This document shows positions 1 through 16,200 of a DNA stretch of 64,000 nucleotides, one piece after another. Below the pieces are notes generated by a model. It did not search any database and was not told where the DNA came from. It worked only from the letters and a program-made list of their open reading frames with translations. The stretch is from the human T2T-CHM13v2.0 reference genome, Homo sapiens: the NCBI RefSeq assembly GCF_009914755.1, contig NC_060931.1. One strand, given 5' to 3'. Within the stretch, counting starts at the first letter, position 1. Each line of letters begins with the position of its first letter. Made by a program: the position numbers and the translations under genes.

Positions 1-1390
1 AAATATCTTCACATAAAAACAAGACACAAGCATTCTCCGAAACTTCCTTGTGATGTGTGCATTCAACTCACAGAGTTGAACACTTCTTTTCGTAGAGTAG
101 TTTTGAACCACTCTTTTTGTAGAATCTGCAAGTGAATATTTGGAGTGCATTGAGGCCTATCGTGGAAAAGGAATTATCTTCACATAAAAACTAGACAAAA
201 GCATTGTCAGAAACTTCTTTGTGATGTGTGCATTCAAAGCACAGAGTTGAACCTTTGTTTTAAAAGAGCAATTTTGAAACACTCTTTTTGTAGTATCTGA
301 AAGTGGATATTTTGTTCCCTTTGAAGCCTATGGTGAAAAAGGAAATATATTCACATAAAAATTAGGCACAAGCATTATCAAAAACTTCGTTGTGGTGTGT
401 GAATTCAACTCTCAGAGTTGAACATTTCTTTTAAAGGAGCAGTTTTGAAACACTCTTTTTGTATAATCTGCAAGTGGATATTTGTATCGCTTTGAGGCCT
501 ATGGTGGAAAAGGAAATATTTTCACAGAAAAACTAGACAGAAGAATTCTCAGAAATATATTTGTGATGTGTGCATTCAACTCACACAGTTGAACCTTTCT
601 TTTGGTAGAGCAGTTTTGAAACAATCTTTTTGTAGTATCTGCAAGTGGATATTTGGAGCACTTGGAGACCTATGGTGGAAAAGAAAATATCTTCACATAA
701 AAACAAGACACAAGCATTCTCCGAAACTTCCTTGTGATGTGTGCATTCAACTCACAGAGTTGAACACTTCTTTTCATAGAGTAGTTTTGAACCACTCTTT
801 TTGTAGAATCTGCAAGTGAATATTTGGAGCGCATTGAGGCCTATTGTGGAAAAGGAAATATCTTCACATAAAAACTAGACAAAAGCATTGTCAGAAACTT
901 CTTTGTGATGTGTGCATTCAAAGCACAGAGTTGAACCTTTGTTTTAATAGAGCAATTTTGAAACACTCTTTTTGTAGGATCTGAAAGTGGATATTTTGTT
1001 CCCTTTGTGGCCTATGGTGAAAAAGGAAATATATTCACATAAAAATTAGGCACAATCATTATCAAAAACTTCTTTGTGATGTGTGAATTCAACTCTCAGA
1101 GTTGAACATTTCTTTTAAAGGAGCAGTTTTGAAACACTCTTTTTGTATAATCTGCAAGTGTATATTTGTATCGCTTTGAGGCCTATGGTGGAAAAGGAAA
1201 TATTTTCACAGAAACACTAGACAGAAGAATTCTCAGAAATATATTTGTGATGTGTGCCTTCAACTCACACAGTTGAACCTTTCTTTTGGTAGAGCAGTTT
1301 TGAAACAATCTTTTTGTAGTATCTGCAAGTGGATATTTGGAGCACTTGGAGGCCTATGGTGGAAAAGAAAATATCTTCACATAAAAACTA
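1..1390 (+). repeat. 4-monomer (684 bp) higher-order repeat: two copies, probably the end of a longer array or a local duplication
   Basis: Bases 1-684 recur at 685-1368 with about 15 substitutions (by eye), far fewer than between adjacent monomers. Similarity is lost after ~1390. Confidence 0.9.
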
Positions 1391-4300
1391 GACACAAGAA
1401 TTCTCGTAAACTTCTTTGGATGTGTACATTCAACTCACAGAGTTGAACCTTTCTTTTGATAGAGCAGCTTTGAAACACTCTTTTTGGACAATCTGCAAGT
1501 GGATATTTGGTGCACTTTGAGGCCTAAGGTTTAAAAGGAAATATCTTCACATAAAAAACTAGACAGAAGCATTCTCCGAAACTTCTTTGTGATGTATGCA
1601 TTCAACTCACAGAGTTGAACCTTTCTTTCGATAGAGCAGTTTTCAAACACTCTTTTGGTAGAATCTGCAACTGTATATTTGGAGCACTTTGAGGCCTCTG
1701 GTGGAAAAGGAAATATCTTCACATTAAAACTAGACAGAAGCATTCTCAGAAACTTCTTTGTGATGTGTGCATTGAACTCACAGAGTTGAACATTTCTTTT
1801 GATAGTGCAGTTTTGAAACACCCTTTTTGTAGAATCTGCAAGTGGATATTTGGTTTCCTTTGAGGCTTATGTTGGAAAATGAAATATCTTCACATGAAAA
1901 ATAGACAGAAGCATTCTCAGAAACTCCTTTGTGATGTGTGCATTCAACAAACAGAGTTGAACCTTCCTTTTTGTAGAGCAGTTTTAAACACTCTTTTTGT
2001 AGAATCTACAAGGGGATATTAAGAGTGCTTTGAGGTCTACGGTGTAAACGGGAATATCTTCACATAAAAACTAGACGGAAGCATTCTCAGAAACTTCTTT
2101 GTGATGTGTGCATTCAACTCACAGAGTTGAACCTTTCTTTTGATAGAGCAGTTTTGAAACACTCTTTTTGTGGAATCTGTAAGTGGACATTTGGAGCGCT
2201 TTGAGGCCTTCACTGGAAATAGAAATATCTTCACATAAAAACCAGACAGAATCATTCTCAGAAACTTCTTTGTGATGTGTGCATTCAACTCACAGAGTTG
2301 AACTTTTCTTTTGATAGAGCAGTTTTGAAACACTCTTTTTGTATAATCCGCACCTGGGCATTTGGAGGGCTTTGAGGTCTGTGGAGGAAAAGGAAATAAC
2401 TTCACCTGAAAACGAGACAAAAGCATTCTCTGAAACTTCTTTGTGATGTGTGCATTAAACTCACAGAGTTAAACCTTCCTTTTCTTAGAGCAGTTTTGAA
2501 ACACTCTTTTTGTAGAATCTGCAAGTGGATATTGGGAGTGATTTGTGGCCTATGGGGCAAACGGGAATATCTTCACATAAAAATTAGAAAGAAGCACTCT
2601 CAGAAACTACTTTGTGAAGTGTGCTTTCAACTCAGAGAGTTGAAACTTCCTATTGATAGAGCAGTTTTGAAACACTCCTTCTGTAGAATCTGCAAGAGGA
2701 CATTTGAGCACTTTGAGGCCTGTGGTGGAAAAAGAAATAACGTCACAAAAAATTTGACAGAAGCATTCTCAGAAACTTCTTTGTGATATGTGCATTCAAC
2801 TCACAGAGTTGAAACTTCCCTTTGATAGAGGAGTTTTGAAACACTCTTTTTCTAGAATCTGCAAGGGGATATTTGGAGTGCTTTGAGTCCTACGGTGGAA
2901 ACTGGAATACCTCCACATAAAAACTAGACTGAAGCACTTTCAGAAACTTCTTTCTGATGTGTGCATTCAACTCACAGAGTTGAAACTTCCTATTGATAGA
3001 GCAGTTGCAGAACACTCTTTTTGTAGGATCTGCAAGTGGATATTTGGAGCGCTTTGAGGCCTGTGGAAAGAAAGGGAATATCTTCATATAAAACTAGACA
3101 GAAGCATTCTCAGAAACTACTTTGTAATGTTGGCATTCAACTCACAGAGTTGAACCTTCCTTCTGACAGAGCAGTTTCAAAAAACTCTTTTTGAGGAATC
3201 TTCAACTGGATATTTTGTTCCCTTTGAGGCATATGTTGGAAAACGAAATATCTTCACATAAAAACCAGACAGAAGCATTCTCAAAAACTTTTTTATGATG
3301 TGTGCATTCAACAAACAGAGTTGAACCTTTCTTTTGATAGAGTAGTTTTGAAACAGTCTTTTTGTAGAATCTGCAAGTGGATATTTAGAACAATTTAAGG
3401 CCAATGGTGGAAAAGGAAATATCTTCACATAAATACTAGACAGAAGCATTCTCTGAAATCTCTTTGTGATGTGTGCATTCAACTCACAGAGTTGAAATTT
3501 TCTTTTGATAGAGCAGTTTTGAAACACTCTTTTTGTAGAATCTGCAAGTGGGTATTTCTTTCCCTTTGACGCCTATGGTGAAAAAGGAAATGTCTTCACA
3601 TAAAAGCTAGACACAAGTATTCTCCGAAACTTATTAGTGATGTGTGCATTCAATCCACAGTGTGGAAATTTTCTTTTGATAGAACAGTTTTGAAACACTC
3701 TTTTTGTGGAATCTGCAATTGGATATTTGGAGCACTTTGAGGACTATGGTGGAAAAGGAAATATCTTCACATAAAAACTAGACAGAAGCATTCTTTGAAA
3801 CTTCTTTGTGATGTGTGCCTTCAATTCACAGTATTGAACCTTTCTTTTGATAGACCAGTTTGGAAACACTCTTTTTGTAGAATCTGCAAGAGGATATTTA
3901 ATTCCCTTTGAGGCCTATTGTGTAAAAGGAAATATCTTCACATAAAAACTGGACACAAGGATTCTCCGAAACTTCTTTGTAATGTGTGCATTCAACTCAC
4001 AGAGCTGAAAATTTCTTTTGATAGAGCAGTGTTGAAAAATTCTTTTTGTAGAATCTGCAAGTGGATATTTTGTTCCCTTGAGGCTGATGTTGGAAAACGG
4101 AATATCATCAAATAAAAACTAGACCGAAGCATTCTGAGAAACCTCTTCATGATGTGTGCATTCACCTCACAATGTTGAACTTTTCTTTTGATAGAGCAGT
4201 TTTGAAACACTCTTTTGTAGCATCTGCAATGGGATATTTAGTTCCCTTTGAGGCCTATGGTGAAAAAGGAAATGTCTTCACATAAAAAGTAGACATAAGC

Positions 4301-5632
4301 ATTCTCGGAAACAAATTTTTGATGTGTGCATTCATCCCATGGAGTGGTACCTTTCTTTTGATAGAGCAGTTTTGAAACACTCTTTTTATAGAAACTGCAA
4401 GTGAATATTTCGATCCCTTTGAGGCATGTGTGGAAAACGAAATATCTTCACGTAAAAACTAGACAGAATCATTCTCAGAAACTACTTTGTGATGTGTGCC
4501 TTCTTCTCACAGAGTTGAACCTTTCTTTTGATAAAGCAGTTTTGAAAAACTCTTTTTCTAGAATCCGTAAGTGCATATTTGGAGTGCTTTGAGGCCTATG
4601 GTGGAAAAGGAAATATCTTCACATAAAAACTAGACAGAAACATTCTCAGAAACTTCTTTGTGATGTGTGCACTCAACTCACAGATATGAACGCTTTTTTG
4701 ATAGAGCAGTTTTGAAACACTGTTTTTCTAGAATCTGCAAGTGGATATTTTGTTCCCTTTGAGGCTTGTGGTGAAAAAGGGAATATCTTCACGTAAAAAC
4801 TAGAAACAAGCATTCTCCGAAACTTCTTTGTGATGTGTGTATTCAACTCACAGAGTTGAACCTTTCTTTTGATAGAGCAATTTTGAAACACTCTTTTTGT
4901 AGAATCTGCAAGTGGATGATTGGTTTCCTTTGAGGCGTATGTTGGAAAACGAAATATCATCACATAAAAACTAGACAGAAAGCTTCTTGAAAACTTCTTT
5001 GTGAAATGTGCATTAAACTCAGAGTTGAACCTTTCTTTTGATAGAGCAGTTTTGAAACACTCTTTTTGCAGAATCTGCAAGTGGATATTTTGTTCCCTTT
5101 GTGGTCTATGGTGAAAAGGAAATATATTCACATAAAAACTAGACAGAAGCATTCTCAGAAACTTCTTTGTGATGTGTGCATTCAACTCACAGAGTTGAAC
5201 TTTTCTTTTGAAAGAGCAGTTTTAAAAGTCTCTTTTTGTAGAATCTGCAAGTGTATATTTGCAGCGCTTGGAGGCCTAAGGTGGAAAAGGAAATATCTTC
5301 ACATAAAAACTAGACAGAAGCATTCTCAGGAACTTCTTTGTGATGTGTGCCTTCAAGTCACAGAGTTGAACCTTCCTTTTGATAGAGCAGTTTTGAAACT
5401 CTCTTTTTCTACTATCTGAGGGTGGATATTTGGAGTGCTTTGAGGCCTATGGTCGAAAAAGTAGTATCTTCACATAAAAACTAGACAGAAGGATTCTCAG
5501 AAACTTCCTTGGGATGTATGCATTCAACTCAAAGAGATGAACCTTTCTTTTGATAGAGCAGTTTTGAAACTCTCTTTTTGTACAATGTGCAAGTGGATAT
5601 TTGGAGCACTTTGAGGCCTGTGGTGGAAAAGA
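1..5632 (+). repeat. Alpha satellite (ALR), 171-bp monomers, forward orientation
   Basis: Tandem 171-bp units with the alphoid core cattctcagaaacttctttgtgatgtgtgcattcaactcacagagttgaac. Most monomers carry the A-type/pJalpha box (ctatggtggaaaaggaa). Confidence 0.99.
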
Positions 5633-5665
5633 GATTTAAGGCCTGTGGTGGAAAAGAGGCCTGTG

Positions 5666-8600
5666 GTGAAGAGATTTCCTTTTAAACCATATGCCTGAAT
5701 ATCCACTTGCAGATTCCATAAAAATAGTATTTCAAACTGCTCTATCAAAAGAATGATTCAACTCTGTCAGTTTAATGCACACATCACAAAGAAGTTTCCG
5801 AGAATGCTTCTCTCTACTTTTTATGTGAAGATATGTCCTTTTACTCCATAGGTCTCAAAGCACTCCAAATATCCACTTGCAGCATCTGCAAAAAGAGTGT
5901 TTCAAAACTGCTCTACTAAAAGAAATGTTCAACTCTGTGAGTTGAATGGACATGTCACAAAGTAGTTTCTGAGAATGCTTCTGTCTCGTCCATATGTGAA
6001 GACATTTTATTTTCCAACATAGGCCTGTAAGCCCTCCAAATATCCACTTGCAGTTTCTACAAAAAGAGAGTTTCAATATTGCTCTATCAAAAGAAAGTTT
6101 CAACCCTGTGAGTTGAATGCAGACATCACAAAGAAGTTTCTGAGAATGCTTTTGTCTACTTTTTGTGTGAAGATATTTCCTTTTCCTACATAGGGCACAA
6201 AGCACTCCAAATATCCAATTGCAGATTCTAAAAAAAAGAGTGTTTCAAAACTGCTCTATCAAAAGAAAGGTTCAACCCTATGAGTCAAATGTACACACCA
6301 CAATGAAGTTTCTGAGAATGCCTCTGTGTAGTTTTTATGTGAAGATATTTCCTTTTCCACCATAGGCCTCAAAGAGAACAAAATATCCACTTGCACATTC
6401 TACAAAAACAGGATTTAAAAACAGGATTTAAAAAAGAAAGGTTTAACTCTGTGAGTTGAATGCACACATCACAAAGGAGATTCAGAAAATGCTTCTGTCT
6501 AGTTTTTATGTGAAGATATATCCTTTTCCATCATAGGCCTCAAAGCGCTCCCCATATGAACTTGCATATTCCACAAAAAGAGTGCTTCAAAACTGCTCTA
6601 TCAAAAGAAAGGTTCAACACTGTGAGTTGAATGCACACATCAGAAAGAAGTTTCTGAGAATGCTTATGTCTAGTTTTTATGTGAAGTTATTTCATTTTCC
6701 AACATAGGCCTCAAAGTGAACCAAATATCCACTTGCAGATTCTACTAAAAGAGTGTTTCAAAATTGCTTTTTCAAAAGAAAGTTTCAACTCTGTGTGTTG
6801 AATGCACACAGCACAAAGCAGTTTCTGAGAATGCTTCTGTGTACTTTTTATGTGAATATATTTCCTTTTCCACCATAGGCCTCAAAGTGCTGCGAATATC
6901 CAATTGCAGATTCTACAAAAAGAGAGTTTCAAAACTGCTCTATCAAAAGAACAGTTCAACTCTGTGAGTTGAATGCCCACATCCTAAAGACGTTTCTGAG
7001 AATGCTTCTGTGTAGTTTTTATGTGAACATGTTTCCTTTTCCACCATAGGCCTCAAAGCGCTTGAAATATCCACTTGCAGATTGTACAAAAAGAGTGTTT
7101 CAAAACTGCTCTATCTAAAGAAAGGTTGAACTCTGTGTGTTGAATGCACACATCACAAAGAAGTTTCGGAGAATGTTTCTGTCTAGCTTTTATATGAATT
7201 TATTTCGTTTTGCACCATAGGCCTCAAAGCGCTCAAAATATCCACTTGCATTTTCTTCAAAGGAGAGTTTCAAAACTGCTCCATCAAAAGAATGGTTCAA
7301 CTCTGTGATTTGAATGCACACATCAAAAAGAAGTTTCTTAGAATGCTTCTGTCTACTATTTATGTGAAGATATTTCCTTTTCCACTATAAGCCTCAAAGC
7401 ACTCCAAACATCCACCTGCAGATTCTACAAAAATGGTATTTCAAAACTACTCTATCAAAAGAAAGTTTCAACTCTGTGAGTGGAATGTACACATCCAAAG
7501 AAGTTTCTAAGAATACTTCTGTCTAGTTTTAATGTGAAGATATTTCGTATTCCAACATAGGCCCCAAAGGGAACCAAATATCCACTTGCAGATTCTACAA
7601 AAATTATTTTTCAAAACTACTCTATCAAAAGAAAGGTTCAACTCTGTGAGTTGAATGTACACATCTGAAAGAACTTTCAGAGAATGCTTCCATCTAGTTT
7701 TTATGTGGAGATATTTCCTTTTCCACCGTAGGCTTAACAGCATTCAAAATGTCCACTTGCAGATTCTATAAAAAGAGTGTTTGAAAACCGCTCTATCAAA
7801 AGAAAGTTTCAGCTCTGTAATTTCAATGCACACATCACAAAAAAGATTCTGAGAATGCTTCTGTCTAGTTTTTATGTGAAGATATTTCGTATTCCAACAT
7901 AAGCCTCAAAGGGAACCAAGTATCCACTTGCAGATACTACAAAAAGAGTGATTCAAAACTACTCTATGAAAAGAAAGGTTCAACTCTGTGAGTTGAATGC
8001 ACACATCAGAGAGAAGTTTCGGAGAATGCTTCCGTGTAGTTTTTATTTAAAGACATTTTGTTTTCCAACATAGGCCTCAAACGCAACCAAATATCTCCTT
8101 GCAGTTTCTACAAAAGGAGTGATTCAGAACTGCTCTATCAAAAGACATATTCAACTCTGTGAGTTGAATGTACACATCACAAATTAGTTTTGGAGAATGC
8201 TACTGTCTAGTTTTTATGTGAAGGTATTTCCTTTTCCACCATAGGCCACAAAGCGCTCCATATCCAATTGCAGATTTTTACAAAACGAGTGTTTCCAAAC
8301 TGCTCTATCAAAAGAAAGTTTCATCAGTTTGAGTTGAATGCACACATCACAAAGAAGTTTCTGAGAATGCTTCTGTCTAATTTTTATGTGAAGATATTTC
8401 CTTTTCCAATATAGGCCCCAAAGCACTCCAAATATCCACTTGCAGATCCTCCAAAAAGAGAGTTTCAAAACTTCTCTATCAAAAGAATAGTTCAACTCTG
8501 TGAGTTGAATGCACACATCACAAAGAAGTTTCTGAGAATGCTTCTGTCTAGTTTTAATGTGAAGTTATTTCCTTTTCTACCGTAGGCCTCAAAGGGAACG

Positions 8601-8830
8601 AAATATCCACTTGCAGATTCCACAGAAAGAGGGTTTCAAAACTGCTCTATCAAAAGAAAAGTTCAACTCTGTGAGTTGAATGCACACGTCACAAAGAAGT
8701 TTCAGAGAATGCTTCTGTCTAGTTTTCATGTGAAGATATTTCCTTTTCCACCATAGGTCTCAAAGCTCTCCATGTATCCACCTGCAGATTCTACAAAAAG
8801 AGTGTTCCAAAATGGCTCTATCAAAAGAAA
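5666..8830 (-). repeat. Alpha satellite, monomeric, reverse orientation
   Basis: Reverse-complement monomers (gttcaactctgtgagttgaatgcacacatcacaaagaagtttctgagaatg) with a 171-bp period (e.g. 8501 and 8672). Confidence 0.99.
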
Positions 8831-10604
<1,774 letters not shown>

Positions 10605-10667
10605 TCAGATGCTAGCTGGTTATTTTGCTCGTTAGTTGATGGAGTTTCTTCCTAGTCTCGATGGTCT

Positions 10668-11020
10668 TTACATTTTGGCATGATTTTGCAGGGGCTGGTA
10701 CCGGTTGTTCCTTTCCATGTTTAGTGCTTCCTTCAGGAGCTCTTTTAGGGCAGGCCTGGTGGTGACAAAATCTCTCAGCATTTGCTTGTCTGTAAAGTAT
10801 TTTATTCTCCTTCACTTACGAAGATTAGTTTGGCTGGATATGAAATTCTGGGTTGAAAATTCTTTTCTTTAAGAATGTTGAATATTGGCCCCCACTCTCT
10901 TCTGGCTTGTAGAGTTTCTGCTGATAGATCCACTGTTAGTCTGATGGGCTTCCCTTTGAGGGTAACCGGACTTTTCTCTCTGGCTGCCCTTAATATTTTT
11001 TTCCTTCATTTCAACTTTGG

Positions 11021-11023
<3 letters not shown>
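10668..11023 (-). pseudogene. L1 ORF1 C-terminal fragment, disrupted, in the inverted segment
   Basis: Antisense of the ORF1 3' region ending ...cagcccctgcaaaatcatgccaaaatgtaa, followed by the short inter-ORF spacer before the ORF2 ATG at 10604. Confidence 0.9.
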
Positions 11024-13018
<1,995 letters not shown>

Positions 13019-13234
13019 ACAATGAGATCACATGGACACAGGAAGGGGAACATCACACTCTGGGGACTGTTGCGGGTTGCGGGGAGGGGGAAGGGATAGC
13101 ATTGGGAGATATACCTAATGCTAGATGATGAGTTAGTGGTTGCAGCCCACCAGGATGGCACATGTATACATATGTAACTAACATGCACTTTGTGCACATG
13201 TACCCTAAAACTTAAAGTAAAATGATAATTAAAA

Positions 13235-16200
13235 AAAAGAAACATTCGACTCTGTGAGGTGAATGCACACATCAAAACGAAATTTCTGAGAATGCTTCTG
13301 TCTAGTTTTTATATGAAGATATTTTGTATTCCAACATAGGCCTCAAAGGGAGCCAAACATCCACTTGCAGATTCTACAAAGAGAGTGTTTCAAAACTACT
13401 CTATCAAAAGAAAAGTTCAACTCTCTGAGTTGAATGCACACAACACAAAGCAGTTTCAGAGAATGGTTCTGTCTATTTTTTATGTGAAGATATTTTCTTT
13501 TCCACCATAGGCCTCAAACTGCTCCAGATATTGGCTAGCAGATTCCACAAAAAGAGCGTTTCAAACTGTTCTATCAAAAGAAACGTTCAACTCTCTGAGT
13601 TGAATGAACACATCACAAAGAAGTTTCTTACAATGCTTTGTCTAGCTTCTATGTGAATATATTTCCTTTTCCAACATAGATTTCAAAGCGCTCAAAATAT
13701 ACACTTGCAGATTCCACAAAAAGAGAGAAACAAAACTGCTCTATCAAAGAAAAGGTTCAACTCTGTCAGTTGAATGCACACTTCATAAAGAAGTTTCTGA
13801 GAATGCCTCTGTCTAGTTTTTATAAGAAGATATTCCCTTTTCCACCACAGGACAAAAAAGGGCTCCAAATATCCATTTGCAGATGCTACAAAAAGAGAGT
13901 TTCAAATATGTTCTATGAAAAGAAAGGTTCAACTCTGTGATTTGAATGCACACATCACAAAGAAGTTTCTGAGAATGCTTCTGTCTAGTTTTTATGGGAA
14001 GATATTTCCTTTTCCAACATAGGCCTCAAAGGGAACCAAATATCCACTTGCAGATTCTACAAAAAGACTGTTTCAAAACTGCTCTATCCAAAGAAAGGTT
14101 CAACTCTGTGAGTTGAAAGCACACATCACAAAGAAGTTTCTGAGAATGCTTCTGCCTAGGTTTCATGTGAAGATATTTCGTTTTCCAACATAGGCCTCAA
14201 AGGGAAACAAATATCAACTTGCAGATTCTACAAAAAGGGTGTTTCCAAATTGCTCCATAAGAAGAAAGTTCAACTCTGTAAGTTGAATGTACACAGCACA
14301 GAGAAGTTTCAGAGAATGATTCTGTCTAGTTTTTCTGTGAAGATACTTCCTTTTCCACCATAGGCCTCAAAGAGCTCCAAATATCAACTTGCAGATTCTA
14401 CAAAAAGAGTGTTCCAAAACTGCTCTATCAAAAGAAAAGTTCAACACTATGAGTTGAAAGCACACATCACAGTGAAGTTTCTGGGAATACTTCTTTCTGG
14501 TTTTTATGTGAAGATATTTCCTTTTCCCCCATAGTGATCAAAGCACTCCATATATCCACTTAGAGATTCTACAAAAAGAGAGTTTCAAAACTGCTCAAAC
14601 AAAAGAAATGTTCAACTCTGTGAATTAAATACACAACAACACAAAGAAGTTTCGGAGAATGCTTCTGTCTAGTTTTTATGTGAAGATATTTCCTTTTCCC
14701 CTATAGGCCTCACAGCGCTCCAAATATGCGTTGGCATTTTCTTCAAAGGAGAGTTTCAAAACTGCTTCATCAAAAGAATGGTTCAACTCTGTGACTTGAA
14801 TGCACACATCAAAAAGAAGTTTCGGAGATTGCTTCTCTCTAGTTTTTATGTGAAGATATTCCCTTTTCCACCCTAGGCGTCAAATCGCTCCAAATATCCT
14901 TTTGTAGATTCCACAAAAAAAGTGTTTCAAACTGGTCTATCAAAAGAAACATTCAACCCTGGGAGTTGAATTAACGCATCACAACGAAGATTCTTAGAAT
15001 GCTTTTTTCTAGTTTCTATGTGAAGATATTTCCTTTTCCACCATAAGCCTCACAGCACTCCAAACATCCATTTGCAGATTCTACAAAAAGAGAGTTTCAA
15101 AACTGCTCTATCAAAGGAAAGGTACAATTCTGTGAGTTGAATGCACACATCACAAAGAAGTTTCGGGGAATGCTTCTGTCTAGTTTTTATGTGAAGATAT
15201 TTCCTTTTCCACAGTAGGCCTGTAAGCACTCCAAATATCCACTTGCAGATTCTACAAAAAGAGAGTTTCAAAACTGTTCTATCAAAAGAAAGTTTCAATT
15301 CTCTGATTTGAATGCACACATCTCAAAGAAGTTTCTGAGAATGCTTCTGTCTAGTTATTATGTGAAGATATTTCCTTTTCCACCATAGGCCTCAAAGGGA
15401 AACAAATATCCACTTGCAGATTCTACAGAAAGAGTGTTTCAAAACTGCTCTATCAAAAGAAAGGTTCAACTAGGTGAGTTGAATGAACACATCAAAAAGA
15501 AGTTTCGGGGAATGCTTCTGTCTAGTTTTTAAGTGAAGATATTTCCTTTTGCACCACAGGCCTCAAAGCACTCCAAATATGCACTTGCAGATTCTACAAA
15601 AAGAGTGTTTCAAAACTGCTTTATCAAAAGAAATGTTCAACTCGTGAGTTGAATGCACACATCACAAAGAAGTTTCAGAGAATGCTTCTTTCTAGTTTTT
15701 ATGTGAAGATATTTCCTCTTCCACCATAGGCCTCAAAGCGCTCCAAATATCCACTTGCATTTTCTACAAGGAGAGTCAAAAGCTCTCAATCAAAAGAATC
15801 GTTCAACTCTGTGAGTTCAATGCACACCTTAAAAATAAGTTTCTGAGAATGCTTCTTTCTAGTTTCTATGTGAAGATATTTTCTTTTCCACCATAGGCCT
15901 CAAAATGCTCCAAATATCCACTTGCAGATTCCACAAAAAGAGTGTTTTAAAACTGCTGTGTCAAAAGAAGTGTTCAACTCTGTGAGTTGAATGCCCCCAT
16001 CACAAAGAAGTTTCTGAGAATACTTCTGTAAATTTTTTTTGTGAAGATATTTCCTTTTCCACCGTAGGCGTCAAAGCGCTCCAAATATCCACTTGCAGAT
16101 TCTACAAAAAGACTATTTCAAAACTACTCTATCAAAAGAAAGGTTCAACTCTGTGAGTTGAATGCAGACATCACAAAAAAGTTTCTGAGAATGCTGTTGT

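Noticed and set aside
385-401. cttcgttgtggtgtgtg as a CENP-B box
   Set aside because: It has TTCG but lacks the A and CGGG positions, lies at the wrong monomer position, and is absent from the second HOR copy.
5000-6300. Fold-back (palindromic) duplication at the inversion junction
   Set aside because: The monomers either side are not reverse-complement copies of each other beyond ordinary monomer similarity.
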